Assembly: GCA_964396255.1 (NCBI GenBank)
Contig: CAYNEP010000001.1
Span: 1-26,124 of the forward strand
Direction of reading: 5' to 3'
DNA: 26,124 bases
Source: an uncultured Gammaproteobacteria bacterium
Lineage (GTDB): Bacteria; Patescibacteriota; Microgenomatia; UBA1406; HO2-37-13b
Shown: one piece after another, positions 1 to 8,061 of the stretch
Layout of the letters: each line of letters starts with the position of its first letter
Numbering within the stretch: position 1 is the stretch's first letter
Notes under the pieces: generated by a model
Seen by the model: only the letters and a program-made list of their open reading frames with translations
The model's database searches: none
Told to the model about the DNA's origin: nothing
Position numbers and translations under genes: made by a program

Positions 1-1023
1 TTACCATATCAAACTCTTCACTGTCACACGACGACATCTGATGGCGACTTAACCTATGAGCAGGTATTAGATGAGTGTAAGAAAAATCACATTGGCGTTG
101 TTGCTTTTACTGACCATGATAGCTTGCCAACTGTTGAGAAGATTGAATCGCTTAAGTTACTGAACCACGATGTAAAATTTTTAACTGGAATTGAGATGTC
201 AGCGACAAACGTTGAGGAAGTTGCATCGCAGATTGAATTATTCCATGTCGTTGGGCTTTGTGTCGATCCAACTAACGAAAAATTATTAGCGTATTGTCAT
301 CGAGCATCTGAAAAAAGAAAGGAGCGTACAAAGAAAATCATCGAAAGTTGTAGAAAGTTAGGTTTTGCAATTACATACGAGGATGTCTTAAAGCATGTTA
401 CTGGATCAACTGTAGGACGACCCCATATTGCAAAAGCAATTCTAGCTGATGAGGCGAATTTGCAGGTTATTGCAAAAATTGAAGATAGTTTAAAAACTGA
501 AGCCAGCACAAGTGATGAGCTGAGTAAGCTTTATAACGAAGTCCTTCATCAAACTGTGTGGCAGAAGGTATTTAGTTTATTTTTAACAGATCATTCTTAT
601 ATCAAGGATGTGTACGTGCATTACGAAGATAAGGTTGATATGGATCATGCTGTTGAGTTGATACGGGGAGCTGGTGGCATTGCTTTGCTTGCACACTGGA
701 CATATTACAAAAAATTATTACCAATTGACCTTGTCGAAAAGTTTCTTCGTGATAAGAGAATAGATGGAGTTGAAACCGTATATGCATTTGGTGTGGGAGA
801 CGATCAGTATGGAGAGTTTGTTTCTGACATGCAACAGTTAGGGGCACTATGTGAGAAATATAGTGCTGCCAAAGGTGGAGGTGGAGATTTTCATAAAATT
901 GAAGACTTTGCTCTAATGTTAAATCAACGATTTGAGAGCTTCGCAAATAAGACACAGCATTTGTTTGATACGATAAAAGATCAGTTTTTAGATCTTAAGT
1001 ACACATATTCCTCGATTGACTAA
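1..1023 (+). CDS. PHP-domain metallohydrolase, YciV/TrpH (RNase AM / nucleoside 3',5'-bisphosphate phosphatase)-like; 5' end lies outside the window
   Basis: Frame 1 is open from base 1 and reads LPYQTLHCHTTTSDG...AFTDHDS, the PHP N-terminal motifs, upstream of the track's TTG at 124. Later motifs: GIEMS, FHVVG, GRPHIA, GGIALLAH, GGGDFH. Stop TAA 1021-1023. Confidence 0.88.
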   Translation, partial: LPYQTLHCHTTTSDGDLTYEQVLDECKKNHIGVVAFTDHDSLPTVEKIESLKLLNHDVKFLTGIEMSATNVEEVASQIELFHVVGLCVDPTNEKLLAYCHRASEKRKERTKKIIESCRKLGFAITYEDVLKHVTGSTVGRPHIAKAILADEANLQVIAKIEDSLKTEASTSDELSKLYNEVLHQTVWQKVFSLFLTDHSYIKDVYVHYEDKVDMDHAVELIRGAGGIALLAHWTYYKKLLPIDLVEKFLRDKRIDGVETVYAFGVGDDQYGEFVSDMQQLGALCEKYSAAKGGGGDFHKIEDFALMLNQRFESFANKTQHLFDTIKDQFLDLKYTYSSID

Positions 1024-1931
1024 AACAAATCAAGTTGTGATTTCTCTTTTGTTTGGGAGATGAGCTTGGGCGCACTGCCAAATATTCGATTGTGTAGGCT
1101 TTTGAAGTTGTATTTCTGAAAAAAGACTTTTAATCCATCATCATAGTGTTCAAAAGATGCATCATCAACTTTAAGCGGTAAGTCTGCTTTTATAATAAGC
1201 TGTGCAAGTTTTTTTGAAAGTTTTGCATCTTCAAATCCATCGATCAACTTCTTTTTCAAAGTTGGATTTTCTACCTCATCAATTCGTTTATACATACTCT
1301 CAATTGACCCAAACTGATTAATGAGTGCAGATGCTGTTTTGGGTCCAATCCCAACTATACCTTTATAGTTATCTGATGGATCGCCAGCAAGTGCTTTAAA
1401 GTCAACAACATGCTCTGGAGGTACGCCAAATTTTTCAATGACACCTTCTCTGTCGTACTTTTTTTCTTTGCCAAAACCTATTTGTGGTGTTATGACAAAT
1501 ATCTTGTCATTAACAAGCTGAAAGATGTCTTTGTCGCCAGTTAAAATATTAACAGTATACCCCTGATTATATGCCTCATGCGCAAGTACACCAATTAAAT
1601 CATCAGCTTCATATCCATCCATTTCTATTCGTTTAAGCCGTGCAGAGTCTAAGAATTCTTTAATAAGAGGAAACTGAGATATAAGTTGTTGATCGGTTTC
1701 TGGACGTTGAGTCCTGTAGTTGATAAATAACTCATCTCTATAAGTTGGTGCAGAAGTATCAAAACACGTAATAACATGTGTGGGTTTATAGTCAATAATA
1801 ACTTTATTAAGCGTTGAGACAAATCCATATACAGCACCTGTTGGAACTCCATCACGAGTTGTGAAATCTGGAAGTGCATGAAACGCGCGGTGTACAAGAC
1901 CATTACCATCGATCAAAAGCAGAGATTTCAT
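1020..1931 (-). CDS. Stand-alone 5'-3' exonuclease/flap endonuclease (Pol I N-terminal domain with H3TH), C-terminal QLDLF
   Basis: LLIDGNGLVHRAFHA, CFD, GYEADDLIG, TGDKD and GDPSDNYKGIVGIGPKTA (H3TH). It ends at 303 aa with no polymerase domain. Confidence 0.95.
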   Translation of the reverse strand: MKSLLLIDGNGLVHRAFHALPDFTTRDGVPTGAVYGFVSTLNKVIIDYKPTHVITCFDTSAPTYRDELFINYRTQRPETDQQLISQFPLIKEFLDSARLKRIEMDGYEADDLIGVLAHEAYNQGYTVNILTGDKDIFQLVNDKIFVITPQIGFGKEKKYDREGVIEKFGVPPEHVVDFKALAGDPSDNYKGIVGIGPKTASALINQFGSIESMYKRIDEVENPTLKKKLIDGFEDAKLSKKLAQLIIKADLPLKVDDASFEHYDDGLKVFFQKYNFKSLHNRIFGSAPKLISQTKEKSQLDLF

Positions 1932-1937
1932 ATAGAA

Positions 1938-1943
1938 ATGATA
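1938..1943 (-). promoter_or_regulatory. Putative sigma70 -10 box (TATCAT), 6 nt before the exonuclease ATG
   Basis: Minus strand reads gggTATCATttctatATG; no SD. Confidence 0.5.
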
Positions 1944-1945
1944 CC

Positions 1946-3793
1946 CTATTTGACTGCGACCAATTTGAGGAATTCAACATCATCGAGGCTCTCTTTCTTT
2001 ATAAGCTCTTCAGCAACAGCATTGAGTTGTTTGCGATTTTTCTTAAGAATTTTTTTAGCTTCCTGATAACACTCATCAATTATTCTTTTAATTTCTATGT
2101 CGATTTTTAATCGAGTAGCGTCAGATTGAGATTCAGAACCGGGATAAGCACTTCCCCAATCTGTAATGTCCTGAGTAGGTCCATAATTGATCGGTCCTAG
2201 ATTGCTCATACCATAGTCAACAACCATGCCGCGTGCTATGCGGGTTGCCTGATCAAAATCATTCGACGCTCCAGTTGTGACCTCATTAAAGACGGTCTCT
2301 TCAGCAGCTCGTCCTCCCATCATAGAGGTTATCATCTGGATGAGATGAGTTCTAGTCTCGTGGAGCCTATCAGCTGCTGGTGGGATAAGTGTGTGGCCAA
2401 GAGAGAGTCCTCTTGAAACAATTGAAATACGATGAACGGGATCCATGTCTTTTTGGAAATATGTCACAATGGCGTGTCCTGCCTCATGATAGGCGGTAAT
2501 TTTTTTATCAAGGTCAGATTGTAGTCTTTTCCTCTCAGGACCAAGTTTTACCTTAGTTGCTGCCTCTTCTAAGTCTTCCATTGTGATCACCTGACGATCA
2601 GCTCGTGCTGCCATAATTGCAGCCTCATTGAGCATGTTCTCAATGTCGGCACCTGAGAATCCAACGGTCCTTTTTGCAATTTTGTCCCATTTTACTGTTT
2701 TATCCATTGGCTTACCTTTGGCATGGATTTTCAAAATTGCAGATCTTCCTTCAAGATCAGGGTAGTCAACAAGAACTCTCCTATCAAATCGTCCCGGTCG
2801 AAGCAGCGCAGAGTCGAGCAAATCCCCTCGATTTGTTGCTGCTATAAAAATAACTCGATCATTTGGCTCAAACCCATCCATTTCAACCAAAATTTGATTC
2901 AAAGTTTGTTCTCGTTCGTCATGTGCTGGCATTCCACCACCTGATCGAGATCGACCGATTGCATCAATCTCGTCTATAAAGATGATTGATGGAGCATTTT
3001 TTTTGGCTACCTTAAACAAATCTCGCGCACGAGCCGCTCCAATACCGACCAACATCTCCATAAATTCAGATCCGGCTATTGAAAAGAATGGTACATTTGA
3101 CTCCCCAGCAACTGCCTTTGCAAGAAGTGTTTTTCCTGTTCCTGCAGGTCCTACGAGTATGACTCCCTTTGGAGAACGTGCACCTAATTTATTGTATTTT
3201 TTTGGATTTTTCAAAAAATCTACTATCTCAGCGAGCTCTTTTTTTGCCTCATCAACACCAGCAACATCAGCAAAAGTGATGCGAGATATTTCTTTGTTAT
3301 ACAGTTTCGATCGAGATTGGCCAAATGAGAATATTGAGTCTTGGGTACCTCTTGCTTGTCGAAAAATGAATATGAAAAAACCTATCATAAGCAGTGTGGG
3401 AATAACATTTGCTAAGAAGCTTGCTACCATCGAGCCTGTGTCGGTGTTTTTAACGCCAATCTCCAAACTTGTTGGGTCAACTTTTGCGTCTTGAAGAATC
3501 TTAACAAAGCTCTCGCCCTCTTCTTTTGATGTGGTTAGAATTTTGTCTCCAGGGTAGTGAACTAAAACCTTATTACCTACAATTTCAATTTTCTTAACTT
3601 TTTTAGACTTAATATCAGCAATTACTTTGCTTATTGGTTGTTCGTTTGCAGACGATGCGAGATCAGTTAAAGAAATAAAAATCGATGCAGCAAATAGTAA
3701 GAGAAAAATTCCAACAAAAATTTGCTTAAAACCTATATTTATTTTAATTGGGGTTTTTTTATTTGTCTTTGAATCTTTCTTTAATGGCGCCAT
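1946..3793 (-). CDS. ftsH: ATP-dependent zinc metalloprotease FtsH
   Basis: Two TM segments, Walker A GPAGTGKT, Walker [38 protein letters not shown] zinc motif. Start taken as ATG 3793 (MAPLKK) because the track start at 3811 overlaps a -10 box. Confidence 0.97.
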   Translation of the reverse strand: MAPLKKDSKTNKKTPIKINIGFKQIFVGIFLLLFAASIFISLTDLASSANEQPISKVIADIKSKKVKKIEIVGNKVLVHYPGDKILTTSKEEGESFVKILQDAKVDPTSLEIGVKNTDTGSMVASFLANVIPTLLMIGFFIFIFRQARGTQDSIFSFGQSRSKLYNKEISRITFADVAGVDEAKKELAEIVDFLKNPKKYNKLGARSPKGVILVGPAGTGKTLLAKAVAGESNVPFFSIAGSEFMEMLVGIGAARARDLFKVAKKNAPSIIFIDEIDAIGRSRSGGGMPAHDEREQTLNQILVEMDGFEPNDRVIFIAATNRGDLLDSALLRPGRFDRRVLVDYPDLEGRSAILKIHAKGKPMDKTVKWDKIAKRTVGFSGADIENMLNEAAIMAARADRQVITMEDLEEAATKVKLGPERKRLQSDLDKKITAYHEAGHAIVTYFQKDMDPVHRISIVSRGLSLGHTLIPPAADRLHETRTHLIQMITSMMGGRAAEETVFNEVTTGASNDFDQATRIARGMVVDYGMSNLGPINYGPTQDITDWGSAYPGSESQSDATRLKIDIEIKRIIDECYQEAKKILKKNRKQLNAVAEELIKKESLDDVEFLKLVAVK

Positions 3794-3801
3794 AGAAGCT
3801 A

Positions 3802-3810
3802 ATTGTACCA
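3802..3810 (-). promoter_or_regulatory. Putative extended -10 promoter (TGgTACAAT) for ftsH
   Basis: Minus strand reads TGgTACAATtagcttctATG, with 8 nt to the ATG. Confidence 0.6.
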
Positions 3811-3860
3811 AATAATTTGATAAAATAGAAGGCTAGAGGTTAGTTTTCAAATACTGTCAA

Positions 3861-4325
3861 ATGGACACAAAAGCGTATATAACTCAATCAGAACAGGAAA
3901 CACGAGATGTTGCTAGACAATTACTCTTAACTTGCAAAAGCATTGTCCCACAGATGCCTGTTGCAATTTTACTGTACGGAACTCTTGGTGCTGGAAAAAC
4001 TGCATTTGTTAAGGGTATAGGAGATAGTCTCTCAATTGATGATATATCCTCTCCTACATTCGTTTTGATTCATGAGTATGAACTTAAGGGTCCCATAAAG
4101 AAGTTAGTGCACATCGATCTTTATAGAGTGACAGAAAAGAGCGAATTTGACCATCTTGGGATTGAGAAGGATATGAATCCTGGAGTACTCTTTTGTATTG
4201 AGTGGAGCGAGAACATCGAACCCATTATTGATTTAGTCAGAGCGAAATGTCATATTGTATCGGTGACACTCGAGCATAAAGATGAAAAAAGTCGACGAAT
4301 TAAGATTTCAAGTATATCTCTATGA
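3861..4325 (+). CDS. tsaE: tRNA t6A biosynthesis ATPase TsaE
   Basis: LYGTLGAGKT, SSPTFVLIHEY, HIDLYR, IEW motifs; ATGA overlap with tsaD. Confidence 0.95.
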   Translation: MDTKAYITQSEQETRDVARQLLLTCKSIVPQMPVAILLYGTLGAGKTAFVKGIGDSLSIDDISSPTFVLIHEYELKGPIKKLVHIDLYRVTEKSEFDHLGIEKDMNPGVLFCIEWSENIEPIIDLVRAKCHIVSVTLEHKDEKSRRIKISSISL

Positions 4326-5368
4326 AAATACTCAGCATAGACACATCGTGTGATGAAACTGCAGTTGCAATAACTGAGGGTAGGCGGATCCTCTCAAATG
4401 AATTATTTTCACAAATTGAAACTCACAGACAATGGGGCGGCGTTGTGCCTAATCTTGCAAAACGGGCTCATGAGGAGAGAATCGATGAAGTGATAGAAAG
4501 GGCGCTTAAGAATGCAAATATGACCATTGAGCAGATTAATGCCATAGGAGTGACATATGGTCCCGGATTAGCTGTGGCGCTTGGAGTAGGGATAAATAAA
4601 GCAAAAGAGCTTGCATTGAAGCATGATAAAAAACTAATTGCAGTAAATCATATGGAGGGGCACATATATTCGTGCTTCGCCCAGGACAATCATGGTCTGC
4701 CAGACTTCGAATTTAACTTTCCTTATCTTGTTTTATTAGTATCAGGTGGTCATACAGAACTTATCCTATTTAAAGATCATATAACGTATGAGATATTAGG
4801 TCAGAAACTTGACGATGCTGCAGGTGAGGCTCTTGATAAAGGAGCTCGTCTAATTTTGAAAAATGATGTATATCCAGGTGGGCCAATAATTGAGACAATG
4901 TCTAGTGATGGCAGTGCATCTGCGTTTCAGTTTCCAAGACCAATGGCTCATTCAAATGACCTAAATTTTTCCTTTTCAGGACTTAAAACCTCGTTATTGT
5001 ATGCAATTCGAAACATGAGTGATAAAGAACGAACAGAGCGCCAGAACGATTTGGCTGCGTCTTATCAGGAGGCGGTATTTGATAGTTTGCTGATAAAGGT
5101 AAGGAAAGCAATTGTACAGACTGGGGTAAGTCAGGTAGTTGTTGGGGGCGGCGTTGCTGCAAATGGTACCTTAAGAGAAAAGATATCAAGACTTGTAAAC
5201 AACAAACAATCATCTGTTTATTTTCCAGCAAAGTCACTCTATGGTGACAATGCAGCAATGATAGGTATTGCGGCTTATTATAAAGCTCAAAAAAACTTGT
5301 TCGTTGTAGATTATGGCAAGCTTGATAGAATCCCCCGAGCGTCTCTTTCTTTTATAGAGACATTCTAA
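4322..5368 (+). CDS. tsaD: tRNA N6-threonylcarbamoyladenosine transferase TsaD
   Basis: IDTSCDETAVA, GGVVPNLAKRAH, GPGL, NHMEGH, VSGGHT, DDAAGEALDK, YPGGP, FSFSGLKT, GGGVAAN, DNAAMIG. Confidence 0.97.
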   Translation: MKILSIDTSCDETAVAITEGRRILSNELFSQIETHRQWGGVVPNLAKRAHEERIDEVIERALKNANMTIEQINAIGVTYGPGLAVALGVGINKAKELALKHDKKLIAVNHMEGHIYSCFAQDNHGLPDFEFNFPYLVLLVSGGHTELILFKDHITYEILGQKLDDAAGEALDKGARLILKNDVYPGGPIIETMSSDGSASAFQFPRPMAHSNDLNFSFSGLKTSLLYAIRNMSDKERTERQNDLAASYQEAVFDSLLIKVRKAIVQTGVSQVVVGGGVAANGTLREKISRLVNNKQSSVYFPAKSLYGDNAAMIGIAAYYKAQKNLFVVDYGKLDRIPRASLSFIETF

Positions 5369-5397
5369 ATACATGATATATCCTCTTTGATAGTTTG

Positions 5398-5406
5398 TGG
5401 TATACT
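5398..5406 (+). promoter_or_regulatory. Putative extended -10 promoter (TGgTATACT) for the RRM operon
   Basis: TGgTATACT seen directly, 114 nt upstream of ATG 5521. Confidence 0.6.
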
Positions 5407-5440
5407 AATATTTGTGTTAATAAAGTTTTACGAGAGGTCG

Positions 5441-5468
5441 AGCAGCATTGTCTAAGATAACTGCTGCT
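5441..5468 (+). other. Stem-loop in the 5' leader of the RRM gene
   Basis: AGCAGCA (5441-5447) pairs with TGCTGCT (5462-5468); TTGTC pairs with GATAA around a TAA loop, with one bulged C. There is no U-tract, so it is not a typical intrinsic terminator. Confidence 0.55.
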
Positions 5469-5520
5469 GTCTGAATCAAGTAAGTCTGTTTAAGTACGTG
5501 AGAAAGAGGGGTGAGAGAGA

Positions 5521-5874
5521 ATGAAAAATAAACTCTACGTGGGAAATCTTCCCTATTCAGTTGCCGACGATGGTCTTCGAGATCTATTTGCTCAATTTGG
5601 TGAAATCACCGAAGCACGAGTTATCGTCTTTAAAGACTCAGGTCGTTCAAGGGGATTTGGTTTTGTCGAATTTACCAATGATGACGATGCTCAAAAAGCT
5701 GTTGATGAGATGAACCAGAAGGAAGTCGAAGGTAGAAAGTTGGTTGTCAATATTGCACGACCAATGGAGCCTAGAGACAATAATGGTGGTGGAGATCGAG
5801 GTGGATATGGAAATCAAAATAATGATTTCGGAGGTTCAAATGACTCCAGCATGCAAAGTGATGATGTTATGTAA
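5521..5874 (+). CDS. Single-RRM RNA-binding protein with Gly/Asn-rich tail
   Basis: RNP2 LYVGNL, RNP1 RGFGFVEF, LVVNIARP, tail GGGDRGGYG; purine-rich RBS upstream (agaaagaggggtgagagaga). Confidence 0.95.
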   Translation: MKNKLYVGNLPYSVADDGLRDLFAQFGEITEARVIVFKDSGRSRGFGFVEFTNDDDAQKAVDEMNQKEVEGRKLVVNIARPMEPRDNNGGGDRGGYGNQNNDFGGSNDSSMQSDDVM

Positions 5875-5885
5875 TTTAGAGAATA

Positions 5886-6764
5886 ATGCCAATGGATCAA
5901 GCGCAGGATACATATAGTGCTGTATGGGTGTCGCACACCTCAATTCAGGATTTCACATCCTGTCCACGGGCATATTACATTAAAAATATCTACAAGGACC
6001 CTAAATCAGGTCGAAAGATAAAGCTCATGTCACCGCCACTCGCGCTTGGGTCTGCGGTGCATGAGGTGTTAGATATAATATCCGGCTTACCAAGAGAGTC
6101 TCGTTTCAATAACTCTTTAATTGATCTACTTGATGTATCATGGGAAAAAATAAAAGGTGAAAAGGGTGGATTCGTGAGTGATTCTCAGGAAGAACAATTT
6201 AAAAAAAGAGCACGCTCAATGCTTGAGAGGGTCACTGTTCATAAAGGTCCACTGTCTGGGCTAGCTGTTAAGATTAATATGGATCTCCCCCACTTTTGGC
6301 TATCTCAAAAGGACAATATCATTTTGTGTGGCAAGCTCGATTGGCTCGAGTACCTACCTGAGTCTGAGACAGTTCATATAATTGACTTCAAAACCGGCGC
6401 ATCATCTGAGGCAGTTGATTCTTTGCAACTTCCCATTTATTTTTTACTGGCTCAAAACTGTCAGAATCGACCAGTTGAGAAGGCAAGCTACTGGTATTTA
6501 GACAGGAGCGATGAGCCAGAGGAGCAGCCACTCCCCAATGCTGAGGTGAGTATGGAAAAGATTTTGAAAATTGCAAAAGAAATCAAGTTGGCAAGAAGTC
6601 TAGATAGGTTTAGGTGTCCTCATAACGGATGTCGCAACTGCAAGCCACTAGAAAGTATAGTCGAAGGTCAGGGGAAATATGTCGGTGTTGACGAATTTGG
6701 ACGTGACACATACATAGAACCTCAAGCCTCACAATCAACTGAGGATACGAGCGTCATTCATTAA
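5886..6764 (+). CDS. RecB-family PD-(D/E)XK nuclease, Cas4/AddB-like, with four Cys
   Basis: SCPRAYY, GSAVHEVL, GKLDW, IIDFKTG, LQLPIY (QxxxY), CPHNGCRNC. The start could also be ATG 5892. Confidence 0.85.
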   Translation: MPMDQAQDTYSAVWVSHTSIQDFTSCPRAYYIKNIYKDPKSGRKIKLMSPPLALGSAVHEVLDIISGLPRESRFNNSLIDLLDVSWEKIKGEKGGFVSDSQEEQFKKRARSMLERVTVHKGPLSGLAVKINMDLPHFWLSQKDNIILCGKLDWLEYLPESETVHIIDFKTGASSEAVDSLQLPIYFLLAQNCQNRPVEKASYWYLDRSDEPEEQPLPNAEVSMEKILKIAKEIKLARSLDRFRCPHNGCRNCKPLESIVEGQGKYVGVDEFGRDTYIEPQASQSTEDTSVIH

Positions 6765-7162
6765 CGAGTTGTTTTCTTAGGGTGTAATGCGTCCTTAAAT
6801 ACTACATACTGCACGAGTGTTACAACAACTCCAAGTATTAAAGAAACCCAGAATCCAGACACGCCAATGCCAACAGAATTTGAAAGGGGCGTTCTAGCCA
6901 TGAGATAAATAAACCCCATATTGACGACTAGATAAATTGAGCTCCATTTTTGATCTGTAAGCGTTATCCCGAAATCATCGTGCAGAATCGGCTTCACAAG
7001 AGATGCTGCAAGAGCAACACCAAATGAAGCAGTTAATAATGCTTGAAAATAGGGAATTGCGATGTTGCCAAAGACTAGGTTGCCTGGAAAAAGTTGATGA
7101 GCAAGAAAAAACACAGCGAACGTTGCTACGAATGTAGTTGCTAATTTACGAGTGTATATCAT
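6761..7162 (-). CDS. Four-TM membrane protein, YvlD/phage-holin family 4-like
   Basis: Four hydrophobic segments; LVKPIL, VVN and GIGVSGFWVSLILG resemble the family pattern. SD AAGGTGA (7170-7176) lies 7 nt from the ATG. Confidence 0.6.
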   Translation of the reverse strand: MIYTRKLATTFVATFAVFFLAHQLFPGNLVFGNIAIPYFQALLTASFGVALAASLVKPILHDDFGITLTDQKWSSIYLVVNMGFIYLMARTPLSNSVGIGVSGFWVSLILGVVVTLVQYVVFKDALHPKKTTR

Positions 7163-7190
7163 ATATTTATCACCTTCTTTCTTTTAGAAA

Positions 7191-7196
7191 AGTATA
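7191..7196 (-). promoter_or_regulatory. Putative -10 box (TATACT) for the holin-like gene
   Basis: agtata on + at 7191-7196, upstream of the SD at 7170-7176. Confidence 0.45.
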
Positions 7197-7219
7197 CAGG
7201 ACAATGGAATTCAATTGGG

Positions 7220-7228
7220 TGGTATAAT
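7220..7228 (+). promoter_or_regulatory. Putative extended -10 promoter (TGgTATAAT)
   Basis: Perfect TGnTATAAT, 10 nt before ATG 7239. Confidence 0.6.
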
Positions 7229-7238
7229 GAATAATATT

Positions 7239-8039
7239 ATGGGCGCTAATGAGGGAGTTTCACGATCTGAAATCGAAATCAAAAATAAATTAGCTCGGGC
7301 TTCGGTTGATCTAAACGGTGGCCGTGTCACGAGATTTGTTGTTGGAGGTCGAGATATTTTATTACCTGCACAAACTAGAGACAATCAAACTACCCGACCA
7401 GTCGTAAGAGGCGGATCATTAATATTATTTCCTCAACTTGGTAAGACTGATCAGGACGGGCAGTTTAATGGGATTCCATCAAATGGATTTGCAAGGGGCA
7501 TGCCGTGGAGTCTTGATGGAACTTATGGAAGCGCAGACGTTCCATTGAAGCTTGTTGATACACCCGATACTAGATCAAGATTCCCATATCCATTTGGGCT
7601 TTCATACAAGATTGCAATAGGCGACGCTCAGGCTGGCCAGAGATTAAGCCAGGCATTAACTGTTACCAATACGGGCGATGAGCCATTGCCAGTTTCACCG
7701 GGTATTTTGTCATATTTAGCAATACCTCAAGATTTAAGAGGAAATCTTACAATAGGTGAGGGTTTTGCTCAGATGCCTTTGCAATTATCACAAAAACAAG
7801 TTGCTTGCCATATGCCTCAGGATGGCATTGTTATTGAGGCGGGTAGTGCTTTTAGAGTACGCTTGATGGCTATTGGATCATTTTCTCGCTACACAATATG
7901 GGCAAAACCAGGAGAGGATTTTGTACGCGTTGCTGTTTTTTCTGGATCGCGAGGATCGATCGATGACCCTATGCATAGGAATAATATTCTTCCGGGTAAG
8001 TCAGTTGATTTTACATTGCTGACATTTGCAAGCGTATAA
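7239..8039 (+). CDS. Aldose 1-epimerase/galactose mutarotase-like protein with apparently substituted catalytic residues
   Basis: GGRV...RGGSLILFPQLG...NGFARGMPW...LTVTNTGDEPLPVSPG..SY...TIW. Start chosen at ATG 7239 because the earlier starts (7215, 7227) precede or overlap the -10 box. Confidence 0.75.
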   Translation: MGANEGVSRSEIEIKNKLARASVDLNGGRVTRFVVGGRDILLPAQTRDNQTTRPVVRGGSLILFPQLGKTDQDGQFNGIPSNGFARGMPWSLDGTYGSADVPLKLVDTPDTRSRFPYPFGLSYKIAIGDAQAGQRLSQALTVTNTGDEPLPVSPGILSYLAIPQDLRGNLTIGEGFAQMPLQLSQKQVACHMPQDGIVIEAGSAFRVRLMAIGSFSRYTIWAKPGEDFVRVAVFSGSRGSIDDPMHRNNILPGKSVDFTLLTFASV

Positions 8040-8045
8040 CTTCTG

Positions 8046-8051
8046 TATAAT
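8046..8051 (+). promoter_or_regulatory. Putative -10 box (TATAAT) for the DUF2130 gene
   Basis: TATAAT lies 10 nt before ATG 8062. Confidence 0.5.
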
Positions 8052-8061
8052 AAGTCACATT

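Noticed and set aside
2982-3494. 170-aa plus-strand ORF, and other short ORFs antisense to ftsH, the ABC genes and the GTs (e.g. 11632-12060)
   Set aside because: Shadow ORFs fully antisense to well-supported conserved genes, with no motifs or promoters of their own.
5886-6764. CRISPR-Cas system
   Set aside because: I saw no repeat-spacer array and no cas1/cas2 or effector genes in the window.
6761-7162. Holin-like gene next to a Cas4-like nuclease as a sign of prophage
   Set aside because: The YvlD/holin-4 family is commonly chromosomal, and no endolysin, integrase or structural phage genes are present.
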